DNA of 64,000 bases, taken from NCBI GenBank assembly GCA_965240325.2, contig OZ251229.1:992001-1056000 (forward strand). Reading direction: 5' to 3'. The notes below the pieces were generated by a model. The model ran no database searches. It was not told the DNA's origin and saw only the letters and a program-made list of their open reading frames with translations. This DNA is from Rebecca billardiae RCC1528. Taxonomy: Eukaryota; Protista; Haptophyta. This document shows, one piece after another, positions 29,959 to 40,806 of the stretch (positions within the stretch are counted from its first letter, which is position 1; the number at the start of each line of letters is the position of its first letter). Made by a program: the position numbers and the translations under genes.

Positions 29959-31923
29959 TCAGGACTCGTCAGCAGAGCCAGAGTCAGAGTCATCGCTACT
30001 TGCAAAGCGGAGGTGCCGCTTGTTGTTGCCGACGATGCGTCTGCCAGCGCACCGGCCCGCAGCTCCACTGGCAGCACCGCCGTGCGCACGCTCTCCGCCC
30101 GCGAGCAGCTCTCGCAGCGCCACGGTGGCATAGCTGCCGGCCGGCAGCGAGAAGGTGAAGAGCGCGTCGAGGCGCGGCTCGGCTGCTGCCGGGGCGGCTT
30201 CGAGTCCGACGCCTGGATCGTCCGAGGCGGTGCGCACGCCACGCGTGCGCGCGCCGGCCATCGCGCGCCGTCGCGCATCGCTGAGCGGCGCGTTGGCTGG
30301 CCCATCCATCTCAAAGTGCACGCGGTTGGGCGGGGCAGGCGTCGGCGCGTCAGGGGCGAGCGGCGTGACCTCCAGGTCGCGCAGCGTGCACGTGAGGTGG
30401 CGGTAGCTGCCGTGCAGCTCGTACACGTCCGCCTTTTCGCGCTGCGGAGCCGGCCCAGCCTCGGCCGCGGCCGCGCCCGCGCCCGAGGGCTGCGCCGCGC
30501 GCGCATGTGCGACACCCTCAGATGATGGCTGCCGCGCGCGTTTGGCCGCGGGCCCTTGGCCGCCGCCAGCTTTGGCATCCGCCACTTCGGTCTCCGCTGC
30601 GTCCTCGGCCGGGCTCTCCGAGTCGACGTCGGCCTCCACCTCCTCGCTGTTGCGCGCCTCGAGCGAGTGCGACTCGATGCCGTCGTACGCGACGTACGCC
30701 CGGCAGAGCGCACCGATCTCGTGGGTGGGCGTGATCGCCCGCGTGCCGAGCAGCGGCAGCACCACGTGCTCGATGGAGTACCGGCCCGCGCGCACGTCCG
30801 CGTCGGTGGTGACGGAGACGTGGCCGAGGAGGCTCGGCCCGGCGTCCGGCGCGTCAGTGCGCCTTGGCTTCGCGCCCGCCGACGCTGGCTGCGCCACGAC
30901 CAGGTCGCCCTCGACCACCCTGAGCCCGAGCCTCGCGATTCGCTCCGAGGCGGCCAGGTTGTACAAGTAGGAGTAATACGCGTTCGCCCAGAGCCGGCGC
31001 CGGGCGAGTGGGAGGGAGAGGACCGCCGCGCGGCAGCGGGCGCGCCACGAGCCGCCCTCGCCGCGCTCGTCCGCGCGGTGCAGTCGCGCGAGCAGCGCGC
31101 GCTCCTGCCGCAGGTGGCGCGGCAGCCGCTGCAGCGCCTGGCCGGCGTCCAGGGTGCACCCGAAGTGGTCGCGCGCCGCTCGCTCGCCGGCGCTCATCAC
31201 GGCCGGGTCGGCACTGGGCGCGCACACGAGCGCGTGCACGATCGCCTCGTAGTCGCGGCGGAGGAGCCAGCGGCCGAGGTCGTGCGAGTGCACGCCGCCT
31301 GTGCCGAAGCGCTGCAGGCCGTAGTAGTTGACGAACCGCAGCGCGCCGCTATGCGCGGCGGCGCAGAGCGCGCGCAGCTGTGGCTCACTCGCGCGCACGC
31401 CGCGCACGCGGATGCGGAAGCGGTTGCCCCCGGCGGCGCCGACGCGCAGCGGGCGTTGCACACGCGTGAAGCCGCCCAAAATCACGTTGTGCACGGTGAC
31501 CGCGCGCAGCTCGGCGACCGACGCGCCGCGCACTGTCACCTCCTGCGTCGTGACCGCGAAAGCATCCTTGATGCCGCACATGGCGAACGCGCGCTGCGGG
31601 ATGCCGGTGAGCTCGCTGAGATCGGCGAGTGCCTCGAGCGTGTCCTTACGGATCTTGTGGAGCGTGAAGCGTAGCACGCACTCACCGCCGTCGCCCATGG
31701 TGCCGCTCTCGACGCTCGCGTCCCCCTCCGCGTCGCGCTCGTCCGCGCGCAGCACAACCTCGGCACCGTCGTCGCCTCGCAGCTCGTTCACGACGAAGTC
31801 GGCGGGCAGGTGCTTGATGCGGCCACCGAGCGGCGGGAGGTTACGCAGGGTCCGCGTCGCGTCGCTGCCCCACTCCGTGCCCCACTCACAGATGTGCACG
31901 TCGCTCTCGTGTGGCGCCGGCAT
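29959..31923 (-). CDS. PUS7: TruD-family pseudouridine synthase
   Basis: IKHLPADFVVNE, catalytic GIKD..AVTTQ, GNRFRIRVR, FVNYYGLQRFG and FSLPAGSYATVALREL. Confidence 0.93.
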   Translation of the reverse strand: MPAPHESDVHICEWGTEWGSDATRTLRNLPPLGGRIKHLPADFVVNELRGDDGAEVVLRADERDAEGDASVESGTMGDGGECVLRFTLHKIRKDTLEALADLSELTGIPQRAFAMCGIKDAFAVTTQEVTVRGASVAELRAVTVHNVILGGFTRVQRPLRVGAAGGNRFRIRVRGVRASEPQLRALCAAAHSGALRFVNYYGLQRFGTGGVHSHDLGRWLLRRDYEAIVHALVCAPSADPAVMSAGERAARDHFGCTLDAGQALQRLPRHLRQERALLARLHRADERGEGGSWRARCRAAVLSLPLARRRLWANAYYSYLYNLAASERIARLGLRVVEGDLVVAQPASAGAKPRRTDAPDAGPSLLGHVSVTTDADVRAGRYSIEHVVLPLLGTRAITPTHEIGALCRAYVAYDGIESHSLEARNSEEVEADVDSESPAEDAAETEVADAKAGGGQGPAAKRARQPSSEGVAHARAAQPSGAGAAAAEAGPAPQREKADVYELHGSYRHLTCTLRDLEVTPLAPDAPTPAPPNRVHFEMDGPANAPLSDARRRAMAGARTRGVRTASDDPGVGLEAAPAAAEPRLDALFTFSLPAGSYATVALRELLAGGERAHGGAASGAAGRCAGRRIVGNNKRHLRFASSDDSDSGSADES

Positions 31924-32215
31924 GCATGCGGCGATGGTGCGTCTGAAAATGGCAGAGTGATGCGACGCCAGAGCCGTGATGCGTGCGTGGATGCCGCACT
32001 GGTGCCCGCGCCGGCCCCGCGACTCCCACGACGGTTTGGCGTTCTACGCTGTCAATGAGCCGTCTCATGACAGATCAGAGGGGGCTCACGACATGCTTGG
32101 TCAGTCAGCACCGTATTTAGGAGGGGCCGTGCGATCCGGGTCCCTCAGGTTGAGCACGCGGGCGTTGCCCGGCGAACCGCAGGAGAGCCCTGGCGCGCGC
32201 GCGCGTCTCGCAGCC

Positions 32216-33220
32216 ATGTCGTGCTCGGAGACGGTGAAGGAAGACTGCGCGGCGATCAACCTGCGCTCCGTGTCGTACATGGCTCTCAACCTGTGCAGCT
32301 CGATCTCGATCGTGCTTGTGAACAAGTGGGTGTTCGACAAGTGCGAGTACCGGTTCCCAACCTTCCTCACGATGCTGCATTTCGCATTCACGTTCGCCGG
32401 GCTGCAGGCGTGCGCGTGGGCGGGCGTGTTCACGCCGAAGAGGCTCGACCTGATGCGCGTCACGCGCCTCTCCGCCGCCTTCTGCGGCTTCGTCGTGCTC
32501 ACAAACATCTCGCTGCAGCTCAACTCGGTCGGCTTCTACCAGGTGATGAAGGTGCTCACCACGCCGATCATCGCACTGATAGAGTACGTGCTGTACGGCA
32601 AGGTGCTGAAGTACGACATCATCTCGTCGCTCACGCTCATCTGCATCGGCGTCGCGGGCGCCTCGCTTACAGACATAAAGCTCAACCTGTCGGGCACGCT
32701 CGTCGCGATGCTGGGCGTTCTTGTCACCTCCTTCTATCAGATCTGGGTGGGCACGGAGCAGCGCGACTTGGAAGCGAACGCGCTGCAGCTGCTGTACTAC
32801 CAGGCGCCCGTTTCGGCGCTCATGCTCGTGCCGCTCATCTTCGTGCTCGACGACGTGCCCAAGCTCGTCGAATTCGACTACTCGACGGACGCGACGCGCC
32901 CGCTCGTGCTGCTCTCGTGCGCGATCGCGCTCTTTGTCAACCTCTCGACCTTCCTGGTGATCGGCGCGACGTCGCCGATCTCGTACAATGTGCTGGGCCA
33001 CTTCAAGCTCTCGCTTGTCGTCGTGGGCGGCTTCCTCCTCTTCGGCTACGCGGTCGACCGGAGCAACATCCTCTTCATGCTCATCGTGCTCGTGGGCGTC
33101 GTGTGGTACACGCACCTGAAGCTGCGCGCGCAGGCGCTGGCGAAGGCGGCGGAGGCGGAGCGCGCGTCGCTGCTGACGCCGTCGGGCGAGAGCGAGAACG
33201 CACCCGCCTCGCCAGCCTGA
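32216..33220 (+). CDS. Nucleotide-sugar / triose-phosphate transporter family (SLC35E3 / UXT-like)
   Basis: SSISIVLVNK, FPTFLT..HF, NISLQLNSVGFYQVMK, QLLYYQAP and TSPISYNVLGHFK, with ~10 TM helices. Confidence 0.92.
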   Translation: MSCSETVKEDCAAINLRSVSYMALNLCSSISIVLVNKWVFDKCEYRFPTFLTMLHFAFTFAGLQACAWAGVFTPKRLDLMRVTRLSAAFCGFVVLTNISLQLNSVGFYQVMKVLTTPIIALIEYVLYGKVLKYDIISSLTLICIGVAGASLTDIKLNLSGTLVAMLGVLVTSFYQIWVGTEQRDLEANALQLLYYQAPVSALMLVPLIFVLDDVPKLVEFDYSTDATRPLVLLSCAIALFVNLSTFLVIGATSPISYNVLGHFKLSLVVVGGFLLFGYAVDRSNILFMLIVLVGVVWYTHLKLRAQALAKAAEAERASLLTPSGESENAPASPA

Positions 33221-33769
33221 CGGCTGTGCCTCCCGCCGCACCTCCCCCCGCCCTCTTGCCGCCGAGGACGGCCGTGCTGCGTCGCGCTGCGCGGCAGGGG
33301 CCTGCTCCCCGGCATCCTGCGGTGCGCATCACTTGGCGACGGCTTGCACGCACCTGCCATTTCTCATGAACCTCCAACCTGGTGCCGCGCGCCGGCATCC
33401 GGTGTGGCGCACCCACGCCTCCCTTGGCTGGGCTCCCCCCACGCTCCACTCGGCCTCACCCTTTACCGTCACCGTTGCGCGCTTTGCGCCTCGCCGCCTG
33501 GGCGCCCGGCGAGGCCGGCGACGTGATGGATGACTCTGAAAGTGCGGCTCAATGACGATGGTAGCCTCTCTCCGCACTCGATCATCGTCGGAGACAGGCA
33601 CTCGCAACGTCGACGCAGGTGCCAATGCCGGTTCGCCGGGCTGCGCGCTGCCGTCCGTCAGCCGCTCAGCGGGGCAGGGCCTTGATCGGGATCCGACTTG
33701 ATCTTCATCAGCAGCTACTCACTACTGCTACCGGTACTACTGTTAATTCGTCGTCCGAAGATTTAATTA

Positions 33770-34600
33770 TAAAAACACAGGCCGACAACGGCACGAGGGC
33801 GCAGCTCTCCAGTCTCCTGCTGATTCGTCTGTCGTGGTAAGTAACTGCTTATACTATACTTATAATAGGCGGAGTGGGGTCAGAGCTCCGACCGTTACAC
33901 TCCCGGGTGCCACAATCTCCCGAAATCTCTTAGCATGAACTATCACATGGGTATTTACTTGGACGAACTAGTTAGTAGGCGTTAAGGCTTCATTCCAGGG
34001 TGTAGAATCCGCCTGTGCCAATTTCAGACTGCCAAAATGTGATCTAGACGGTGCGATTCTGGTGCAAATAGCGAGATCACCTTGGAGATCGTGTATCTCC
34101 CCTACTAATGTTGCCGAGATCGCGTCGAGATTGAGGTCGTATATCTCCAGTATGTGACATTTTTTCGCAAAACTTGTCAGCGTGACCCCAGCTCATTTCA
34201 GGCGAATATTGACATCCCGAAGTTTGAGAGCCTCATCTCAAGACGACAGGAAGTTGGATTTTGGGCCACGCACCCCCCAGTGGGGCTCTGACCCCTCTAT
34301 ATAATAGCTTAATGGTCGATCAGAATAAGCTTGCAGCAGCAGTGGCAGTCCGGCCAGTCCGCAGTTCAGGTGTGAGCACGACGCACGTTGATGTTGGTCG
34401 CTAGGCCGTACGGCTAGGCCGGGCCCAGGGAGTATTGACGATGTTGTTCTCGTCGTCGACGTCGTCAGGCCCGCCAGGAAGTAGTGCATGGCCTGCATGG
34501 GTACCAAGTCAAAGACGGGTGAGCATCATGTTGGTGTCGGCAAGCAGGACGTCACCTACTTGGTCAGCAGCTGGTGGATGATGTCGTGGTAGGCCTGCCT
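33770..34600. repeat. Dispersed repeat family B (copy interrupted by a MITE)
   Basis: 33770-33840 and ~34315-34540 are colinear with 45081-45430. Shared blocks include GGCACGAGGGCGCAGCTCTCC..TGATTCGTCTG.CGTGGTAA, GGTGTGAGCACG, and CAGGAAGTAG..GGTACCAAG.CAAAGAC.GGTGAGCAT..GTTGGTGTCG. Confidence 0.7.
33869..34299. mobile_element. MITE (~430 bp), possibly hAT-like, 8-bp TSD TATAATAG
   Basis: Ends GAGTGGGGTCAGAGC / GCTCTGACCCCTCTA are inverted repeats. TATAATAG lies at 33861-33868 and 34300-34307. The interior is lower in GC and non-coding, and the segment is absent from the homologous repeat copy at 45.1 kb. Confidence 0.65.
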
Positions 34601-35441
34601 CGTGGCCTACTTGGTCAGTCACAGTGGCTGGTCATCATGGATGGACATGGGATGACGTACTAGCTAGCTACTAGCTACTGCTAAGTATATATATAAGTAT
34701 ATATATATTATTTAGTAATATTAGTACCGCCGGGCGCCTGTAGCTACCGCGTGATGTAGTATCAGCTAATATGCCTAATGCCCGTCGAATGGCTATATAT
34801 GAATATGGCAGTCCCCGGATGGAGTCCGGGCGCGTCAGCGTCGGGCACGGGCCACGGCGTAAGCTATCTGACAGTGACACCGACCGCCGACCAGGGCGAC
34901 CAGGCGCCGGGCCATCAATCAGACCGCCGTACTCGATTACTCTCAATTCCCATATCGTCTATATTTATAACAGCAAACTACTTGAATAATAACTATCGAT
35001 CAAACCGCGCTGATGCGTACGTGTGATAACGCCGATGATGCCCGATGCCCACGGTGTAGGTTAGCTAGTCACTGCATGTATATCGGAAGCAGACTAGTGT
35101 CTGACTCTGAGGCCTGACCGCGGGCCTGCCGCCGGCGCCGTGCCGCACTCAGAATATTTATATTGCATGTGCCGCACTCGGGCCGCCGAGGCCGTCCGCA
35201 CTAGCTCCGCAGCTCAGCCTGAGCCTGGGCTTAGCCTCAGCCCACAAGAGCATTTTACCCGGTGGCAAGTCGGCTGTTGAAGTGGTCCGAGTGCGGAGTG
35301 GCAGTGACCGTGGGGCTGTGCAGCCTGTGGGACCGCCTCCCCGCGCGCTCTGCTCACTGCTGGCCTGCTGCGACGCCGACTGTCTAACCGGAGCGCGTCC
35401 GCCGGCTTCATATAAATTTACGCTGCTGAGTGGACGAGCCA

Positions 35442-36335
35442 TCACGAGGGCCCATCACGCTGTCCATCGTCTGGCAAGGCTGGGGGGTGCACCGGCACTG
35501 CTCCATGGTGAATATGGGCTTGAGTGCCCTGGGCCGTTGCACAGGCATGGCTGCGTGACGCAGGCGGCGCTGACCCTGCGAGTGGCACCATGTTGTTGAC
35601 GTACTCGATGGCAACGGCATGGCGGTCCGTCCGCCATTCGACTGGCGCTGTGCGTGTGGAGGGCGGCACCACGTGCACGTCCTTCCCTGATCTGGCCACC
35701 GATTCCTCGCCCTCGAGGCGTCGGAGCGCTTCGCCTGCGAGCCGCGCCGCCGCGATTGCACGGCCAAGGTGCGTCAGCACCTGATCGCGCCGCTCGCCTG
35801 GCTCGGGTTGCGCGTGGGGCTGCTGGCCAGCAGCTCGGGGGCCCGGGGCGGCTGCGCTCGAGGCGTTACCCGAGCCGCTCTCAGAGCCATCGAATGAGTA
35901 GCACTGCAGATGGCGCACGCCAAAATCTGCCCAGCTCGGTGATGGTTGCAGCATGTGAAAGCGGAGTGCTCGCACTGCATCCAGCACGGGCCGCTCGCCA
36001 AAGTCGTGCGTGTCGTACGTGTGCCAGTCCTGCGCGTCATCCTCAAGGTGCGGTTCAGCCATCAGCGAGCGCGGCTCGAGAATCGTGCGCCAGCTCGACT
36101 CTGCCATCGCCTCCTCATTCGGCCCGTGCTGCCGCGGTGGCATGGACGTCCGTGCCTCAATAGTGATTGTGGCGGTGTAGTAGTTCTGGAACACGAGCGC
36201 GCGAAGCCTGACGGCGCGTGGAAAGTGTACCTCCTGCATGAGCCGCGACGATCGCCGGTTGGCGCCCAGCTCATCCACGCGCTCTGGCTCTAACACCGTA
36301 CATTCCAACGCGTTGAACTCACCGTGGCCCGCCAT
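35442..36335 (-). CDS. NICN1: Nicolin-1-like protein (tubulin polyglutamylase complex subunit)
   Basis: FQNYYTATITI, W.TILEP.SLM.EPH.EDDAQ and LRF.MLQPSP.W..F match the nicolin-1 signature. The 3' end is uncertain. Confidence 0.78.
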   Translation of the reverse strand: MAGHGEFNALECTVLEPERVDELGANRRSSRLMQEVHFPRAVRLRALVFQNYYTATITIEARTSMPPRQHGPNEEAMAESSWRTILEPRSLMAEPHLEDDAQDWHTYDTHDFGERPVLDAVRALRFHMLQPSPSWADFGVRHLQCYSFDGSESGSGNASSAAAPGPRAAGQQPHAQPEPGERRDQVLTHLGRAIAAARLAGEALRRLEGEESVARSGKDVHVVPPSTRTAPVEWRTDRHAVAIEYVNNMVPLAGSAPPASRSHACATAQGTQAHIHHGAVPVHPPALPDDGQRDGPS

Positions 36336-36437
36336 TGCTGTGACGATGATCCCGCCCGTTTTATTCCGGTACCGAGGACACAGGAGCAGACGCAACCGAC
36401 GCCACTTCCACCGTTGCCGTACACGGTATGCTCCTCA

Positions 36438-38929
36438 TCACTTCCAGCCGTCAGCGCACGATGTGGGCACCTCCCGGCTATCGCCACTGCCACCCGTCGC
36501 GCGCCCCCCTGCGGCACCGCCCCCGCCGCCGCTGCCACATCGGTCACACCGGCAGTGCTCCTGGCTCGGCATCGCCGGCATCGCGCCGAGCGCTGACGGC
36601 GTGCGCCTGATGTGGCGGTTGTGCGGGTTGTCGTCGGCTTGCAGCTTGGTCGGCTCGCCGCTGCCGCCCGCACCGCACCCGTCCATCAGTCTAGGCAGCG
36701 ACTTGAAGAGGCTGCTGCTCCCCAGCTGCTTCCCACTGAGCAGATCCAGCATGGCTGACGCGGCGCCGCACGATCCGCCCATCACGCTCGTGTTGAGGAC
36801 GCCGCCGCAGCACGGCCAGATGGTGGGAGGCACGGGGAGCATGCAGTTGACGCACGGCACGTCGACGCCACGGAGCGACGCCTCGAACTGCTCGCGCGCG
36901 CTGTTCGCCGCCGCCACCGCCGCGTCATACGCCGCACCCCGCGTGATGGGCGACGTCTCATTACGATCCATGCGCATGTCGTACAGGAGCGGCTTGTCGT
37001 GGAAGCGCAGGGAGTTGTCGGCGCACGCGCACAGCGTGGCCGCCATCTTCTTGGTCCAGCCGGCCTCGGGGCAGCACTGCGTGCACAGAGAGGCGTTGTA
37101 CGTGCCCAGCATCGAGAACGACTGGAACCTGCGATGCGCAAGGGCAGTGCCGCGTGCGGATGGGCGCGGGCAGGGGTGAGGGGGCGATGGCGAATGAGGC
37201 GGCCACGGTGCACCGCCCCATCCGCCGCGGCGTCGGCGCAGCCACACGGTCGCCGCGCAGGCGCGCGCACGGGTTGAATGCGCTCATCGCCGTAGGCCAG
37301 CGCTGCGTCGCCCAGTACACCTTGCTGTACCCGACGCGAGCGGCGATCGCGCGCTCGCCGCAGAAGTGCAGCTGCACGCGCCCGCGCTGCAGCCAGCCGT
37401 TGTCGTCGTCGCGCGCCGAGCGCAGGAACGCCGACTGGTCGACGCCGTCGAGCCGCGGCGCGGTGGCGGGCCAGTGCACCCCTGCGAGCGCGAGCGCGGT
37501 GGGCATCACGTCCAGCGTGCGGAACGGCGCGTCCGAGACCGCGCCGGGCGGCACGACGCCCGGCCATCTGACGAGCCCCGGCACGCGGATGCCTCCCTCC
37601 CACAGCTGGCCCTTGCCTCCCTTCAGCCCGCCGGTGCGGCCGCAGTTGGCGTACCCCTCCTCCCGGTACGGCCCGTTGTCCGAGGTGAACAGCACGAGCG
37701 TGCGCTGCGTCGCGCCCACCCAGTCCAGCGTGTCGAGCAGCCGCCCCACCGCCCAGTCGAGCTCGCGCAGAACCTGCCCGTACTGCCCGTTGGCACCCTC
37801 GAACGGGCCGGGGGGGCCGGGGCCGAACCTGGGGTGGTTGAAGAGGACGGTGTGCGGGTGCAGGTCTGCGTAGTAGAGGAACCACGGCGTATCCCGCGAC
37901 TCGGCGCGCGCGATGAACGCGCTCGCGTGCGAGACCAGCGTCTCCTGCAGCCCAAGCATGTTCGCGGGCTGCTGCACGATCGTCGTGTTCGCCACGAGGA
38001 AGCAGAAAAGTCCGGACTTGGCGAGTCCGGGTGGCCCGGACGTGGGGCCGGAACCCGGCTCCTCGGCGGCGTAGGGGTCGCAGTCCATCATGTTCGAGAA
38101 GGGCCACACGAGCGAGTCATCGAAGCCGTGCCGTGCAGGCATAAAGGCAAACGTGCGGTTCGTCGTCCCGGGGGCCTCTGCGCCATCAGCCGACGGCGGC
38201 GCGCTGATGCCGAGGTGCCACTTACCGCTCAGCCCGGTCGCGTAGCCCGCTGCCTTGAGCGCGCGCGCAATCGTGATCTCGCGCCTCGGCAGCCCTGCGG
38301 GTGAGCCTGGCGTGAAGACCACGCGCTGCGGCAGCACGTTGGCCGTCATCCCATATCGATGCGGGTAGCGCCCCGTGAGCAGCGCGGCGCGCGCCGGCGT
38401 GCAGATCGGCTCAGTGAGCATGTGCGTGAGCATCAGCCCCTCGGTGGCGAGCCGGTCAAGGTTGGGCGTCGTGTTGTTCGAGTGGCCCCACACGTGTCGG
38501 CCGAACACCTCGGGGTCAGCGTATCCCATGTCGTCGGCTGCGGCGGATCAGCGCGGCGGACGCGCACGCGTGCGCGCATCAGCGTGGGCGAATCCCGTGC
38601 AGCTCAAACGCGCGGCAGAAGGGCGCACCAAGGTAGACGAGAATGTTGGGCTTGTACGAGAGCTTCGTCGAGCCTTCGCTCGGCAGCACCTCAGGCGCGC
38701 GCATGATCCACTCAGCGAACGCCTCCGATGGGATCTGCATGCCTAGGACCGAGAGGCGCGCGAAGCGGTCCGCATCGCCATGCTTGTCATCGGAGGAGGA
38801 CTTGTGCCGGCGGTGCTTGCGCTTGGAGACGAGGGCGAGTCCACTCGGATGCACGAGCCACACCGCACACAGCAGGGTCGCGAGCAGCGTCGTCGCCACC
38901 ACGACCACCCGGCGCGTGATGACGAGCAT
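36438..38929 (-). CDS. Formylglycine-dependent arylsulfatase (S1 family), type II membrane anchor (~771 aa); exons 38929-38629, 38537-37214, 37128-36438
   Basis: Spliced PNILVYLADDMGY, CTPARAALLTGRYP, GKWHLG, FTSDNG, GGKGQLWEGGIRVP and HDKPLLYD. Two GT-AG introns keep the frame. Confidence 0.92.
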
Positions 38930-39069
38930 TTGACGATCAATGGACGGAGGCGAGCCGCCAAGCTTGCCGCAAGCGGCCGATGCACAGCTCCGTCCGGCGC
39001 GCGGATCGATTCTCACTCAACCTCTCCGCTGTCGTTGACGGCACCCGGTGACTGTACACATTCTATGAT

Positions 39070-39115
39070 TTAACGACACAGGTAGGACGGCGCAGGTCTC
39101 CTGATTCGTCGTCGG
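39070..39115. repeat. Degenerate terminus of dispersed repeat family B
   Basis: ACACAGG..GGCGCAGGTCTCCTGATTCGTC matches the ends at 33.8 kb and 45.1 kb. Confidence 0.6.
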
Positions 39116-40806
39116 CAGTGCCCGATCGTCGACACGAAGTCGGCGCTGGTGGCAGAGCATAGCCTGAACCGCGATCGAATGGCTTGAGCGCGGCCTTGAG
39201 CTGCTGGAGCGCGATCCACCTGCGCTGCGCGGCTCGCATGGACCTGCTGTGCCCCGAGCGAGGGCGAGGGTGCAGGTCCGGATGTCAGACGGCCGTCTCA
39301 GCCGCTGGGCCCTGGCGGGTGATCCGGCGGTGATGTAGTCGTCCCCGTGTGCCCTGCGCGGCCGCGTGCGCGCTTGCCGCTCTGCTCAGCTGGCTTGCTG
39401 GCGGCGGCTGGCGCTGCTGCGGCGTGCAGGGTACGCTTTGCCCCCGACTGCTGCGCATCCTCGTCGTCCGAGTCGTCGTCCATGGACGAGTCTCGGTCCG
39501 CGTGGGGGACAGCAGCTGGAGCAGGCGCAGGTGCTGCGGGCAGAGAGGCCGCCAGCCGCGCCGCCTTGCGCTCCTGGCGTTTCTCGACGGCGCGCCGCGA
39601 CGAGGTGCGGCGGCTCGATGGAGATCGAATCCGCCTGCCTTGCGCGTCACGCCGAGGCCCGCGCTTCCCGCGCCGAGGCTTCTTCTTCCGCTTCTGAGAG
39701 TGCTGCTGCTCGCCGTTTGCAGCCTGCACTCCAGTACCCGAGCCCGTACAATGAGCTACAGTTTACTATGTTTTAACGTGCACACTTGGTTAAGGCGTGA
39801 TTGACGCCATCCAACACTGCACAAAGACACCGCCACAAAACAGACCGGCGCAGGCAGGTGAGGGGCGCGTATACTACAGGGTCTCCAACATTAAACTGGA
39901 CACTTTGGGCAGCAGCTCAGCGTACGGCCTGTGGCTGCCTCGCGCGGGGTCAGGAGCGGCCAGCTCGGCTCGTGTGCACCCCACTAGGTCTGTCTGCGAC
40001 CGCGCATAGCCGGGCAGCCCGCGTGGAGCACCCCTCTGGGTCATGCGGACAGTCGGCACAAGGCTGGTCGTGAGGGCCGTGAAGCAGCCGTGTGGCTTCT
40101 GCGCATGTCTGTAGCCAGCAAGCCCGCTCAAGGCCGCGCAGATATTATTACGTGGCATGGTCGATGACTATGCGGCATGCGCTCGACAGCCCTGGGCAAG
40201 CCCGGACGTAGCGCTACACCAGGAGTATATACGGCTCGATCGGACCAGCCTACCAGTTGCGCACCTCGCTTGCACAGCTGCTGCACAGCCCATCGATCGG
40301 CTCTGGCCGTGCAGGCAAGGGCTACAGTCGGCGCCACTACCCGCAGCGAACGCTGGAGACCCACCAGTGCGCGCACCAACCCGTCCGCCGCCAAATGCAA
40401 CCGTGCGCCAGATACGAATTTTAGCAGGCATGCCACCCGCGGGGGCTCCGTGGACCTGTTCAGAGCCAACCGCTAGTCGGTTGAGCTGTACATCCAAGCC
40501 AGCCCTGGCCACACGCTGAGCGCGCCGCTCGCTGCACCCACACCCTGTCGTCATCCGAGGAGTAAGGTCCATGGCGCTCATGTGAGCCTCTGGCCCATCT
40601 CATCGTTAGCAGCCGTAGTCAGCAAAAATCAGTGTCCGAACAATTGTTGGGGACCCTGTACTACGGTAGTACACTTAGTCATAATGAGTCACTGTGACTA
40701 TATTGCCATAGCCTGCATGACTGTCTGTGACCGTCAGTCACTCGGCATACTAGTAGCTGGTAGTCTCATCTCAGTCTCAGAATGATATACTCATAACAGT
40801 GCCCTG

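Noticed and set aside
748-38929. Glycan-modification gene cluster (GT-like, SGNH, GT23, nucleotide-sugar transporter, sulfatase)
   Set aside because: The genes are interspersed with unrelated housekeeping genes and belong to large families in algae, so there is no evidence of functional clustering.
40415-40470. FSRHATRGGSVDLF as a tyrosine-recombinase HxxRxGG motif
   Set aside because: The resemblance is short and the other catalytic motifs could not be found. It is too weak to call without an HMM search.
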